64,000 bases of DNA. Origin: Malacoraja senta. Its lineage: Eukaryota. A model generated the notes under the pieces. The model was not told the origin of the DNA. It saw nothing but the letters and a program-made list of their open reading frames with translations, and made no database searches. Shown here piece by piece: positions 31,301-42,557 of the stretch. How positions within the stretch are numbered: the stretch's first letter is position 1; each line of letters opens with the position of its first letter. The translations under genes were made by a program, and so were the position numbers. The DNA is taken from positions 620,001 through 684,000 of the forward strand of contig JAXLNO010000385.1 of assembly GCA_038087875.1 (NCBI GenBank), given 5' to 3'.

Positions 31301-33545
31301 ACGCTGACTGGTGCCACACTCACGTACCCCGGGCCGTCTATCCTCGCGGCTGGGGGTCTGGGGGTGTTCGGGGGGAGGGGGGGGTTGTCGGGGTCCGGTG
31401 CCGGTGCAGCGCGGTCAGTGACTCTGGGTGGACGGAGGGACCAGTCTGTCCCCAACTCTGCTGCAGCTGACGGGGACGTTGCCGGGTGGTCGGGGGTGGT
31501 CGGTGGGGAGGTGGGTCAGTGACTCTGGGTGGTCGGAGGGACCAGACTGTCCCCAACTCTGCTGCAGCTGACGGGGACGTTGGCGGGTTTTCGTCCCCGT
31601 GTGTCCCCTGCCCAGAGCCGCGGTTCTGCTCCACCCGGCCCCGTGTGGAGCAGAGTTGGGAACAGTCTGGTCCCCCCCCCGCCTTACTCGCCGTTCCCCT
31701 GTGCCACAAGCGCACTAAGGTTTCTTCCGATCGGTGGAATATTACAAAAGTTACGAATGTTTAAAAATTGTAATATCAGCAGATTGGTCTTCTCTCCTGT
31801 CAAACGTCGGGACGACCACGCCCCTTCCGGCACCCGCTGTCAATCACCGGGGCGAGGAGAATAAAGCAAAGGAGACCCGCGGCCCTGAGCCCCGCGGTCG
31901 TCCTGAATCGTTCCCGTATCCGTCCCGAATCCGTCCCGAACCCGTCCCGCCGCGAAGCCATCCCGCCGCGAAGCCATCCGGAAGCCAGTGAGCCCCGAAG
32001 ACGTCCCGAAGCCGGTGAGGCCGGAGCCGTCCCGGCCGCCCCAAAGCCGCCCCAAAGCCGCCCCGAAGACGTCCCGAAGCCGTCCCGAAGTCGGTGAGGC
32101 CGGAGCCGTCCCGAAGCCGGTGAGCCCCGAAGCCGCCCCGAAGCCGGTGAGCCCCGAAGCCGCCCCAAAGCCGTCCCGAAGCCGTCCCGAAGTCGGTGAG
32201 GCCGGAGCCGTCCCGAAGTCGGTGAGCTCCGCAGCCGCCGGGGAGCCTAGGAGCCGCCCCGAGTCGAGGAACCCAGGAGGCGGCCCGGAGTGGGGAGCCG
32301 TCCGGAGCCTGGCCGACTGCTGCAACCTCCAGATCCTGCGGAAGTAAGGAGTGAGTGTGGGGGGGATTGAGGGAGCCGGGCGCTGGCGGGGGCCGGGCGC
32401 TGGCCGGGGCACAGCACCACCGCACACACATCCACGCACTCCCCTCCCCTAGCACACACCCCTCCCCAAAACGTAGGCCACGGTAGCACCCCCCCCGGCC
32501 CCCACCTGAAACCGTCGCCCTCCCCGTCCCCAGCTGCAGGACTAGCCCAAGAAAAGTCTATTCGGCCCACAATGCGTGTACTAGCCCTCCGGAAACCAGT
32601 CCCTTCTACCCACAACACCTATACCAGCCCTCCAGAACCTCCCCCCACTCTGGCCTCCGCCTGAAGCCATTCCCCTCCCCCGATTGCAGGACGCCCCCCC
32701 CACTGTCCACCGACAGCCCCTGCCTGAAGCCGTCCCCCTCCCCGGGTATTGGTCGCTGCCGCCCCCTCAACTGCCAGCCCCCGCCTGAAGCCGTTCCCCA
32801 CCCACGGCTATAGGACGCTCCACCCCGCCGCCGACATCCCCCTCCTGAAGCCGTCCCCATCCCCTGATGCAGGCGCCCCATCCCGCCCTCCTACCCCGGC
32901 TGCGGGTCGCTCGCCCCACCACCACCACCACCGGCCCCGACAGCCTCCGCCTGAAGCTGCTCCCCTCGCCGGCTGTAGGAAGCTCACCCTGGCCCCCGAA
33001 GGCTCCCACCTGAAGCTGTACCCCTCCCCCAGCTGCAGGACGCTCGCCCCCCCCCCCACTGGCCCCGACAACCCACGCCTGAAGCTGTCCCTGTCCCCCT
33101 GCTTCAAGACCCCCCCCGCGAACCGGCTGCGACAAACCCCGCCTGAAGCCGTCCCCGTCCCCCTGATGCAAGATCATCCCCCCCAAACCGGCCACGACAG
33201 CCCCCGCCTGAAGCCGTCCCCCCCTCCCGGCTGCCGGATGTTTCCCTCTCCGCCACCGGCTCCGACAGCCCCCGTCTGAAGCCCTATCCCCACCCAACTG
33301 CCCCAGACAGCCGCCGTCTGAAGCCGTGCCCCTCCCCCAGATGTTGGACGCTCCCCCCCCCGTTAGCCCCCTCCTGAAGCCGTCCCAATCCCCCGGCTGC
33401 AGGATGTCCCTCCCCCAGCTGCAAGTCGCTCGCACTCCCCCACAACCGGTCCCTGAGAGCCCCCGACTGAAGCCGTCCTCGTCCCCGGTTACAGGACGCT
33501 CCCGCTGCCCCCCAACTGAAGCTGTCCACTTCCTCCAGCGACAGG
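28343..33545. repeat. Segmental duplication block 2, copy 2
   Basis: Colinear with 21150-27163 but lacks the TATC array. Confidence 0.9.
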
Positions 33546-33820
33546 ACGCTCCCAACAGCCCCCGCCTGATGCTGTCCCCGTCCCCAGCTGCAGGACACTT
33601 TCCCCCCTCCGCCCCCACAGGCCCACGCCTGAAGCCGTCCGTGTCCCCAGCTGCAGGATGCACCCTACAGGCCCCCTCCTGTAGCCGGTGGGGAGCGGTA
33701 GCGGAAGGCCACGGCAGCGGAAGGCCACGGCAGCTGTAGGTCACGGCAGCGGCAGGTAGCGGAAGGCCACGACAGCGGTAGCGGTTGGCCACGGCAGCGG
33801 TAGGTCACGGCAGCGCTACC
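31672..33820 (+). mobile_element. GC-rich Helitron-like element body
   Basis: Same family as 25271-27163; runs directly into a helicase fragment. Confidence 0.65.
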
Positions 33821-33823
33821 TAG

Positions 33824-34212
33824 TTTCAATTACAGACGAATATGCGATTGAGAGAGGGAGAAGGCGACTATTCTCATTTGTGTTGAAAATTGGAGAAGAC
33901 GAGATTTGAAAGAATGAAGACGATGAAATTGTAATGCCAGAAGACATGGTTCTATCAGCAAAAACATTGTATTGATTTCATCTATCCCGCATTTGACAAT
34001 CCTGTAGAATTATTCTCCGACAATTGTATCTTGGTTCCGCACAACGATACGATGAGAAGCATCAATTCACCATGTATCAGATGCTCCCCTGGAATTAATA
34101 AGGAGTACTTTTCAATCAATGGTGCCTGAGGGAACTAATGCTTCCCAACAGCTTTCCTTGATTCACTCGACATCTATGGATTATCACCACAAATTGGAAT
34201 TGAATAAAGGAT
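33824..34212 (+). pseudogene. Helitron RepHel Pif1-like helicase fragment (degenerate)
   Basis: Manual translation across frameshifts: FQLQTNMRL..LKIGE..IDFIYP..CILVPHNDTMRSIN..PG..EYFSIN..FPTAFLDSLDIYGLSP..KLELNKG. Confidence 0.8.
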
Positions 34213-37200
34213 CATTGGGACCTCTTTCGGGGAAGGTGTGACCTGTACAGAAAGGACGGGTTGCACTTGAACCCGAGGGGGACCAATATCCTGGCGGGGA
34301 GATTTGCAAAGGCTACTGGGGAGACTTTAAACTAGAATGGTTGGGGGGAGGGACCCAAATAGAGAAAGCTAGTAGAAAATGTGGGAGGCAGGAGGCAGAG
34401 AAGGGAAGCACTCGGACCCAAAATGTAGGGGAGAAAGAAGAAAAATATAATAAACAGAGAATAAGTGGTCGTGGGATTCTAAATGTGTATATGTTAATGC
34501 TAGGAGCATTGTAAGAAAGGTGGATGAGCTTAGAGCCTGGATTGACACCTGGAAGTATGGTGTTGTGGCGATCAGTGAAACATGGTTGCAGGAGGGCTGT
34601 GATTGGAAACTAAATAGTCCAGAATTACGTTGCTTCAGGGGTGATAGAATTGGAGGGCAACAGGTGGGGGTGTTGCATTTCTTGTCAAGGAAGATATTAC
34701 AGCAGTGCTTTGGCAGGATAGAGGGCTCGTCTAGGGAGGCTATTTGCGTGGAACTGAGAAATGGGAAAGATGTAGCAACACTTATAGGGGTGTATTATAG
34801 ACCGCCAAATGGAGAGCGAGAATTGGAAGAGCAAATATGTAAGGAGATAGCAGATATTAGTAGTAAGCACAAGGTAGTGATTGTGGGAGATTTCAATTTT
34901 CCACACATAGACTGCGAAACACATTCTGTAAAAGGGCTGGATGGTTTGGAGTTTGTAAAATGTGTGCAGGATAGTTTTTTGCAGCAATACATAGAGGTAC
35001 GTACTAGAGAAGGGGCAGTGCTGGACCTCCTGTTAGGAAATGAGACAGGGCAGGTGGCGGAGGTATGCGTCGGGGAGCACTTCGGGTCCAGTGATCACAA
35101 TACCATTAGATTCAATATAATTATGGAGAGGGTCAGAACTGGACCTCGGGTTGAGATTTTTGATTGGAGAAAGGCTAACTTTGAGGAGATGCGAAAGGAT
35201 TTAAAAGGAGTGAATTGGGACATGTTGTTTTATGGGAAGGATGTAGAAGAGAAATGGAGGACATTTAAAGGTGACATTTTAAGAGTACATAATCTTTATG
35301 TCCCTGTTCAGTTGAAAGGAAATAGTAAAAATTGGAAAGAGCCATGGTTTCATGGGAAATTGGACACTTGGTTCGGAAAAAGATAGAGAGATCTACAATA
35401 ATTATAGGCAGCATGGAGTAAATGAGGTGCTTGAGGAGTATAAAGAATGTAAAAAGAAAATTAAGAAAGAAATTAGAAAAGTTAAAAGAAGATATGAGGT
35501 TGCTTTGGCAAGTAAGGTGAAAGAAAATCCAAAGGGTTTCTACAGCTATATTAATAGCAAAAGGATAACAAGGAATAAAATTGGTCCATTAGAGAGTCAG
35601 AGTGGACAGCTATCTGCAGAGCCAAAAGAGATGGGGGAAATATTGAACAATTTTTTTTCTTCGGTGTTCACTAAGGGGAAGGATATGGAATTATGTGAGG
35701 TAAGGGAAACAAGCAGAGTAGCAATTCAAAGAAGAGGAGGTGCGGACACTTTTGAAAAATATGAAAACGGATACGTCGCCAGGTCCTGACAGAATACTCC
35801 CTAGGACATTGAGGGAAGTTAGTGCAGAAATAGCAGGGGCTATGATAGAAATATTTCAAATGTCATTAGAAACGGGAATAGTGCCGGAGGATTGTCGTAC
35901 TGCGCATGTTGTTCCGTTGTTTAAAAAGGGTTCTAAGAGTAAACCAAGCAATTATAGACCTGTTGGTTTGACGTCAGTGGTGGGCAAATTAATGGAAAGG
36001 ATACTTAGAGATAATATATATATAAGCATCTGGATAAGCAGGGTCTGATTAGGAACAGTCAACATGGATTTGTGCCTGGAAGGTCATGTTTGACTAAACT
36101 TTTTGAATTTTTCGAAGAGGTTACCAGGGAAATTGATGAGTGTAAAGCAGTGGATGTTGTCTATATGGACTTCAGTAAGGCCTTTGACAAGGTTCCTCAT
36201 GGAAAGTTGGTTAAGAAGATTCAATTGTTGGGTATTAATGGTGGAGTAGCAAGATGGATTCAACAGTGGCTGAATGGGAGATGCCAGAGAGTAATGGTGG
36301 ATGGCTGTCTGTCGGGTTGGAGGCCGGTGACTAATGGGGTGCCTCAGGGGTCTGTGTTGGGTCCACCGTTGTTTGTCATGTACATCAATGAGCTGGATGA
36401 TGGTGTAGAAAATTGGATTAGTAAGTATGCAGATGATACTAAGATAGATGGTGTTGTGGTCTACAGAGAGATTTAGGCCATTTGGAAGAGTGGGCTGAAA
36501 GATGTCAGATGGAGTTTAATGCTGATAAATGTGAGGTGCTACATCTTGGCAGGACAAATCAAAATAGGACGTACATGGTAAATGGTAGCGAATTGAGGAA
36601 TGCAGTTGAACAGAGGGATCTAGGAATAACTGTGCATAGTTCCCTGAAGGTGAAATCTCATGTAGATAGGGTGGTAAAGAAAGCTTTTGGTGTGCTGGCC
36701 TTTATAAATCAGAGCATTGAGTATAGAACTTGGGATGTAATGTTAAAATTGTACAAGGCATTTGTGAGGCCAATTCTGGAGTATGCAGTACAATTTTGGT
36801 TGCCTTATTATAGGAAGGATGTCAGCAAAATAGAGAGAGTACAGAGGAGATTTACGGGAATGTTGCCTCGGTTTCAGCAACTAAGTTACAGAGAAAGGCT
36901 GAACAAGTTAGGTCTTTATTCTTTGGAGCGCAGAAGGTTAAGGGGGGACTGGATAGAGGTCTTTAAAATGATGAGAGGGGTAGACAGAGTTGACGTGGAT
37001 AAGCTTTTCCCATTGAGAGTAGGGAAGATTCAAACAAGAGGACTGACTTGAGAATTAAGGGACAGAAGTTTAGGGGTAACATTAGGGGGATCTTCTTTAC
37101 TCAGAGAGTGGTAGCTGTGTGGAATGAGCTTCCAGTGGAAGTGGTGGAGGCAGGTTCGATTTTATCATTTAAAAATAGATTGGATGGGTATATGGACGAG

Positions 37201-37320
37201 AAAGGAATGGACGGTTATGGTCTGAGTGCAGGTAGATGGGACTAGGGGATAAAAAGTGTTCGGCATGGACTTGAAAGGCCGAGATGGCCTGTTTCCATGC
37301 TGTAATTGTTATATGGTTAT
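34213..37320 (+). mobile_element. CR1 LINE (lineage B): ORF1 end plus nearly complete frameshifted ORF2
   Basis: DGLHLN (ORF1); APE motifs ETWL, YRPP, GDFN, SDH; RT motifs [21 protein letters not shown]; 3'UTR. Confidence 0.95.
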
Positions 37321-37333
37321 ATGATTAAATTGT

Positions 37334-38310
37334 GAAACTGCACACAATACTCCAGTTGTGGTCTCACTAGGACTCTGTACAACTGCAGAAATACCTCTTT
37401 GCTCCTATATTCGATTCCTCTTGTTATAAAGGCCAACATGCCATTCGCTTTCTTCACTGCCTGCTGTACCTGCATGCTTACTTTCATAGACTGATGTACA
37501 AGGACCCCCAGATCCCGTTGTACTTCCCCTTTTCCCAACTTGACGGAAGGAGGGGAGAGGAGGGGGGTAGGGAGGAGGGGAAAGGGTGGTGGGGAGGTAG
37601 GTGGCGTGGAGGGGAAGGTGGGGGAAGGGCAAGTGGGGGTAGTGGGGGAGGGGGAGGGGAATAGGGTGGATCAGTGGAATCACAGCGGGAACCCATCAGC
37701 CGCGTCAAGAGGGAGTAAGGAGAGGGGGAGGTGAAGGAGGGGCGCGGTAAGTGGAAGCAGGGGAAGGGCAAGGGGGGAAGGTTGGAGTGAAGGGACGAGG
37801 GGGGATAAGTGGCGTCACAACAGGAACCGATCAGGCACGCCTGCGCAATTGGTGGCAATGCGTAAGTGGTGGAATATTGTGTTGGTGGAATGGGACCCAA
37901 AGGATCCCACGTAGTCTTGTAATCATATATGATTAAATAAGATCCCCTCTCATCCTTCTAAATTCCAGTGTATACAAGCCCAGTCGCTCCATTCTGTCAA
38001 CATCTGACAGTCCCGCCATCCCGGGAATTATCCTGGTGAACCTACGCTGCACTACCTCAAAGAAAAAATGTCCTTCCGCAAATTTGGCGACCTAATCTGC
38101 ACACAATACGCCAGGTGTGGCCTCACCAGGGCCCTGTACAACTGCAGAAGGACCTCTTTGCTCCTATACTCAACGCCTCTTGTTATGATGGCGAAAATGC
38201 CATTAGCTTTCTTCACGGCCCGCTGTACCTGCATGTTACTTTCAGTGACTCATGAACAAGGACACCCAGATCTTGTTGTACTTCCCTTTTCCTAACTTGA
38301 CGCCATTCAG
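37334..38310 (-). mobile_element. Two CR1 fragments (37334-37545 and 37935-38310) separated by a purine-rich insert
   Basis: QVQ(Q/R)AVKKANG occurs in both. Confidence 0.8.
37800..37920 (+). mobile_element. Possible Helitron 3' terminus
   Basis: Hairpin TGGGACC-CAAA-GGATCCCA (37891-37909), then CTTG|T, one mismatch from CTAG|T. Confidence 0.45.
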
Positions 38311-38570
38311 GTAAAAGTGGGGAGGAGGGGAGAGGGGAGGACAGATGAGAAGAGGGGAGGGGTTGAGAGGAGAGTAGAGGGTAGGAGAGGAGGGAGGGGA
38401 TTAGAGATGAAATGATCGTAGAAATCCCTAATTTCTTCCCTCTTTCGGTCCTCTCTCCCCAAGGATTTCCGGGCTCCTCTTTGGAAAGGAAGACATATTA
38501 TTATTCGTCGGGACATCCCGTAACCTTTTTGTTACCCCTCTTCCCCTCCGCCCTCCCGTCCCCTCTCAAA

Positions 38571-39741
38571 TGAGGCTGGTGATATCAAAGTATGTATCTT
38601 AAAAGCAGACAGCAACAGGTAAACAACAGGTTATAGGTAAACCAAGCCAATCTTTAATCGATTCGTCAGACGGGAGTGGCAAGCTCTACAAAGTGCACAA
38701 ACGTTGCTCAGTGTTTCTCGGGTTCCACTCACAGAACAAAGGAAAGTTAGCACAATTATACATTTTCCTTATCAGTAAAACACTCCTACCAAGTCTGAAT
38801 ATGGCATGATTGAAAGATTCTATAGCCTTTCAGAATATAGGAAAAGCTGGATCCAAATCAAGCTCATCCAAAAACAAGTTATTGCTTATTTCTGCAGCGT
38901 CAGCCATTTTTTTCAATCTTGGCTTCTTTATGGTCTTGAAAGAAGCACATGTTATTACGCAGGTTTCCATCTTAATGTCTTTATTGAAAAGATAACTTGT
39001 CCTCCATATTGTGTTCCATATAATTAGCAGTCGTTCAGACTTATCACCGAGCCATTTTTTTTGTTCCATTAGACCATGCGTTCTGTACAGAAAATGCCCG
39101 TGTCCCACTTTGGAAACCTGAACGGAAACATCTGGAGACTTTGCGCCCCACCCAAGGTTTCCGTGCGGTTCCCGGAGGCTTTTGTCCGTCTCCCTAGTGG
39201 TCGAAAGTGGTTTCCGCTTCTTCTATGTTCCGACGATTATTTCAAAAAATTCAAAACCGGCCGCGACTAAAAATAGGTTGCCGTTTTAAAAATCGGTAAT
39301 TTTTTTAGTCGAAGGCGGTTGCGATGCTAGTTGAAGGTGGTTGCCGGAGGTTGCAGGTGGTTGCCGGAGGTTGCAGGTAGCGGAAGGTAAGATCTTCCAC
39401 TACCTGCAACCTCCGGCAACCACCTTCAACTAGCATCGCAACCGGCTTCGACTAAAAAATTACCGATTTTTAAAACGGCAACTTATTTATAGACACGGCC
39501 GGTTTTGAATTTTTTTAAATAATCGCCGGAGCATAGATGAAGCGGAAACCACTTTCGACCATTAGGGAGACTGGCAAAAACCTCCGGGAACCGCACGGAA
39601 ACCTTGGGTGGGGCGCAAAGTCTCCAGAGGTTTCCGTTCAGGTTTCCTATTTGGGACAGGGGCATAAGTTTCCGTCTTATATCAGTAAGAAGAACGACTC
39701 TATTTTGTAAACTAGATTAGATTTGACTATTAGCTCTTTCA
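38571..39741 (-). mobile_element. Putative ERV 3' LTR (contains a MITE)
   Basis: TG directly follows the polypurine tract AAAAAGGAGGGAA (39754-39742). TATA-like near 38757 and ATTAAA near 38655 are in the expected order. The distal end is uncertain. Confidence 0.5.
39094..39665. mobile_element. Foldback MITE, PIF/Harbinger-like
   Basis: Palindromic over its whole length, ATGCCCGTGTCCCA...TGGGACAGGGGCAT, centred near 39390. Confidence 0.85.
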
Positions 39742-40795
39742 TTCCCTCCTTTTTATCATACATGATAACATTCACAGTCCTCGATAGGTACACAATGCTC
39801 GCAAGAATTTAATGATAAAGATTAGAGCAATGATAAAATAGAAAGATAGAGCCATAATGTATCACAGTACCCCAAAGTCCATCAAACCAAAGGTATAGTC
39901 ACCAGTTCAATAGTACCTCAAAGTCCATCGAACCAACGGACATGGCAACCAGTTCTCATTCTCTTCATTGACCTGATGAAGCTTGTTTCGGGTTGAAGGA
40001 TCAGGTGCCACCTGTAGGTGGTATAATCCTTTCAGCCGATATTCTTGGGGTTGTGCCATAAAGTTCGCACCTGTCCGAGGGTATTGCCAGTCTCTTCGGA
40101 GAGCATTGCTCCCCATCTCGGCCCTCGGTAGGGTTCACCACCTTGAGCGAGATGCCAGCATACCCATGGGCTTTGGGCAGCTTCTCTTCCCAGTAGGTTT
40201 GGGTGACCTGCTTCCACATCACCACCTAGAAGCGGCTGCTGGACTGGAACCCAAAGACAAAGCCAGCGTAGACTGCGGTATGTGTTGATGTAGAAGGTGC
40301 CACTGAATTTGATGGCGTTGAACTCCTCGAATCAGACAGCAAGGCCAGGGTCAGAGTTGGCGGTCTGCAGCAACTCCCTGCCCTTGTCGCGCACAACCCA
40401 GTGAGGATCGATCTGCATCGTCCCCTATGGAACTTCCTCAGGTCAGTCTCGCTGATGGCGCTGTTCTCAGGGAACATGTCATAGATATCTGGGATGTTGT
40501 CGTTCTCAAAGTAGTGTCTCCTCTGCCGTCACCATCGGCATCGATCTGGTCAAGGTTGGGAATAAACAGCAATTGTCCTTCTCATCAGAAACGCCATTGT
40601 TGCCATCCTCATCAATCTCCTGATTGTCATCACACTGATTACCCACCAGGTCTCAGGCATTGTCTTCCTGGTCAGCGTCGTGCATTATCTCTCTCAAGAG
40701 GTCCAACTGTTTCAAAATGTTTAGCTTCTCTCTCTCTAGGTCAACTGATAGAGATCGAAATGCTTCCAAATTGTTGATCAAATGTGGTTCGTCTT

Positions 40796-41528
40796 CATAG
40801 AAACATAGAAAATAGGTGCAGGAGTAGGTCATTCGGCCCTTCCAGCCTGCACCGCCATTCAATATGATCATGGCTGATCATCCAACTCAGTATCCCGTAC
40901 CAGTCTTCTCTCCATACCGCTTGATCCCTTTAGCCACAGGGGCCACATCTAACTCCCTCTTAAATATAGCCAATGAACTGGCCTCAACTACATTCTGGGG
41001 CAGAGAATTCCAGAGATTCACCACTCCCTGTGTACATTTTTTTTCTCATCTCAGTCCTAAAAGATTTCCCCTTTATCCTTAAACTGTGACCCCTTGTTCT
41101 GGACTTCCCCAACATCTGGAACAATCTTCCTGCATCTAGCTTGTCCAACACCTCAAGAATTTTGTACGTTTCTATAAGACCCCCCCCTCAGTCTTCTAAA
41201 TTCTAGCGAGTACTACCCGAGTCTATCCAGTCTTTCCTCATATGAAAGTCCTGACATCCCAGGAATCAGTCTGGTGAACCGTCTCTGTACTACCTCTATG
41301 GCAAGAATGTTCTTCCTCAGATTAGGAGACCAAAACTGTACGCAATACTCCAGGTGTGGTTTCACCAAGACCCTGTACAACTGCAGTGGAACCTCCCTGC
41401 TCCTAGACTCAAATCCTTTCGCTATGAATGCTAACATACCATTCGCTTTCTTCACTGCCAGCTGCACCTGCATGCCCACTTTCAATGACTGGTGTATCAT
41501 GACACCCAGGTCTCGTTGCATCTCCCCT
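40796..41528 (-). mobile_element. CR1 (lineage A) 3' fragment nested in the ERV
   Basis: ORF 41213-41521 plus 3'UTR. Confidence 0.9.
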
Positions 41529-41733
41529 TTTCAATCCAGTTCTGTAACTGAGTCGCACTCCTAAATCAGGCCTTTGTATCTCCGCAACCTGATTGCTCTC
41601 CTTCAGCTGGTGTGTGATGGAAGCGAGATGGTCATTTCCAGACTGGGTGAGCACATTTTCTCATCAGTTTCAGCTCTGTCTGTAGCTCCAGGATCAGGTG
41701 CCACCTTTTTCTGGTTACTTCAAGAACCTGTGG

Positions 41734-42086
41734 TAGATGCAGGAAAAATGTTCCCAATGTTGGGGCGAGTCCAGAACCAGGGGCCACACACAGTCGTAGA
41801 ATAAAGCGGAAGTCATTTAAGACTGAGGTGAGAAAAAAACGTTTTCACCCAGAGAGTTCTGTATTTGTGGAATTCCCTGCCACAGAGGGCAGTGGAGGCC
41901 AAGTCACTGGATGGATTTAAGAGAGAGTTAGATAGAGCTCTAGGGGCTAGTGGAGTCAAGGGATATGGGGAAAAGGCAGGCACGGGTTATTGATTGGGGA
42001 CGATCAGCCATGATCACAATTAATGGCGGTGCTGGCTCCAATGGCCGAATGGCCTCCTCCTGTACATATTTTGTATGTTTCTATGT
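41734..42086 (+). mobile_element. CR1 3' fragment nested in the ERV
   Basis: Reads DAGKMFPMLG..WNSLPQRAVEA plus UTR. Confidence 0.88.
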
Positions 42087-42557
42087 AATGGATCCATCTT
42101 GGTCAGTGTTATAACCGTAAGGAGAGTTGTCAGCCTTATTCACAGGACGCCTTGGTGCAGGGGTTGTTCCCCAAGTCCAACCTCAGGATAAAAAGGAGGG
42201 TTAATAGCCCCATTGTCGTTTCTTGGTTCCCCTCCATTTAGTCAATCATGTCAGATGTCTCCAATGGGTGTAGTCTTCAATCTTCACGGTGGTTGGTGTC
42301 GCAGTAGCACCTGGTACAGTCCCCTCCAACACAGACCCAATTTCGTCCGATCCCAGTACCTTAGCAGTATGTAGTCTCCCAAGTAGTATGGACTATGTCT
42401 GTGTTCAACTTGCAGTGGCTTCTGCGTTTCCAATACCTCTGAATGCAAGACCGACAAGGTTACATACATAGATACATAGAAAATAGGTGCAGGAGTAGGC
42501 CATTCTGCCCTTCGAGCCTGCACCGCCATTCAATATGATCATGGCTGATCATCCAAC

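Larger units (their letters stand above)
39742..42465 (-). mobile_element. ERV (class I-like) internal remnant from integrase C-terminus to PPT
   Basis: 42247-42465 reads LGDYILLRYWDRTKLGLCWRGLYQVLL/ATPTTVKIEDYTHWRH, matching the GPY/F-type integrase tail. Confidence 0.7.

Noticed and set aside
25401..33792. Many overlapping Gly/Pro/Arg-rich ORFs (also 9452-10706)
   Set aside because: This is stop-poor GC-rich repeat inside the Helitron-like element, and the frames are not conserved between copies.
38806..39108. Short ORFs as an ERV env tail or host exon
   Set aside because: They have no recognisable motifs and lie within the putative LTR.
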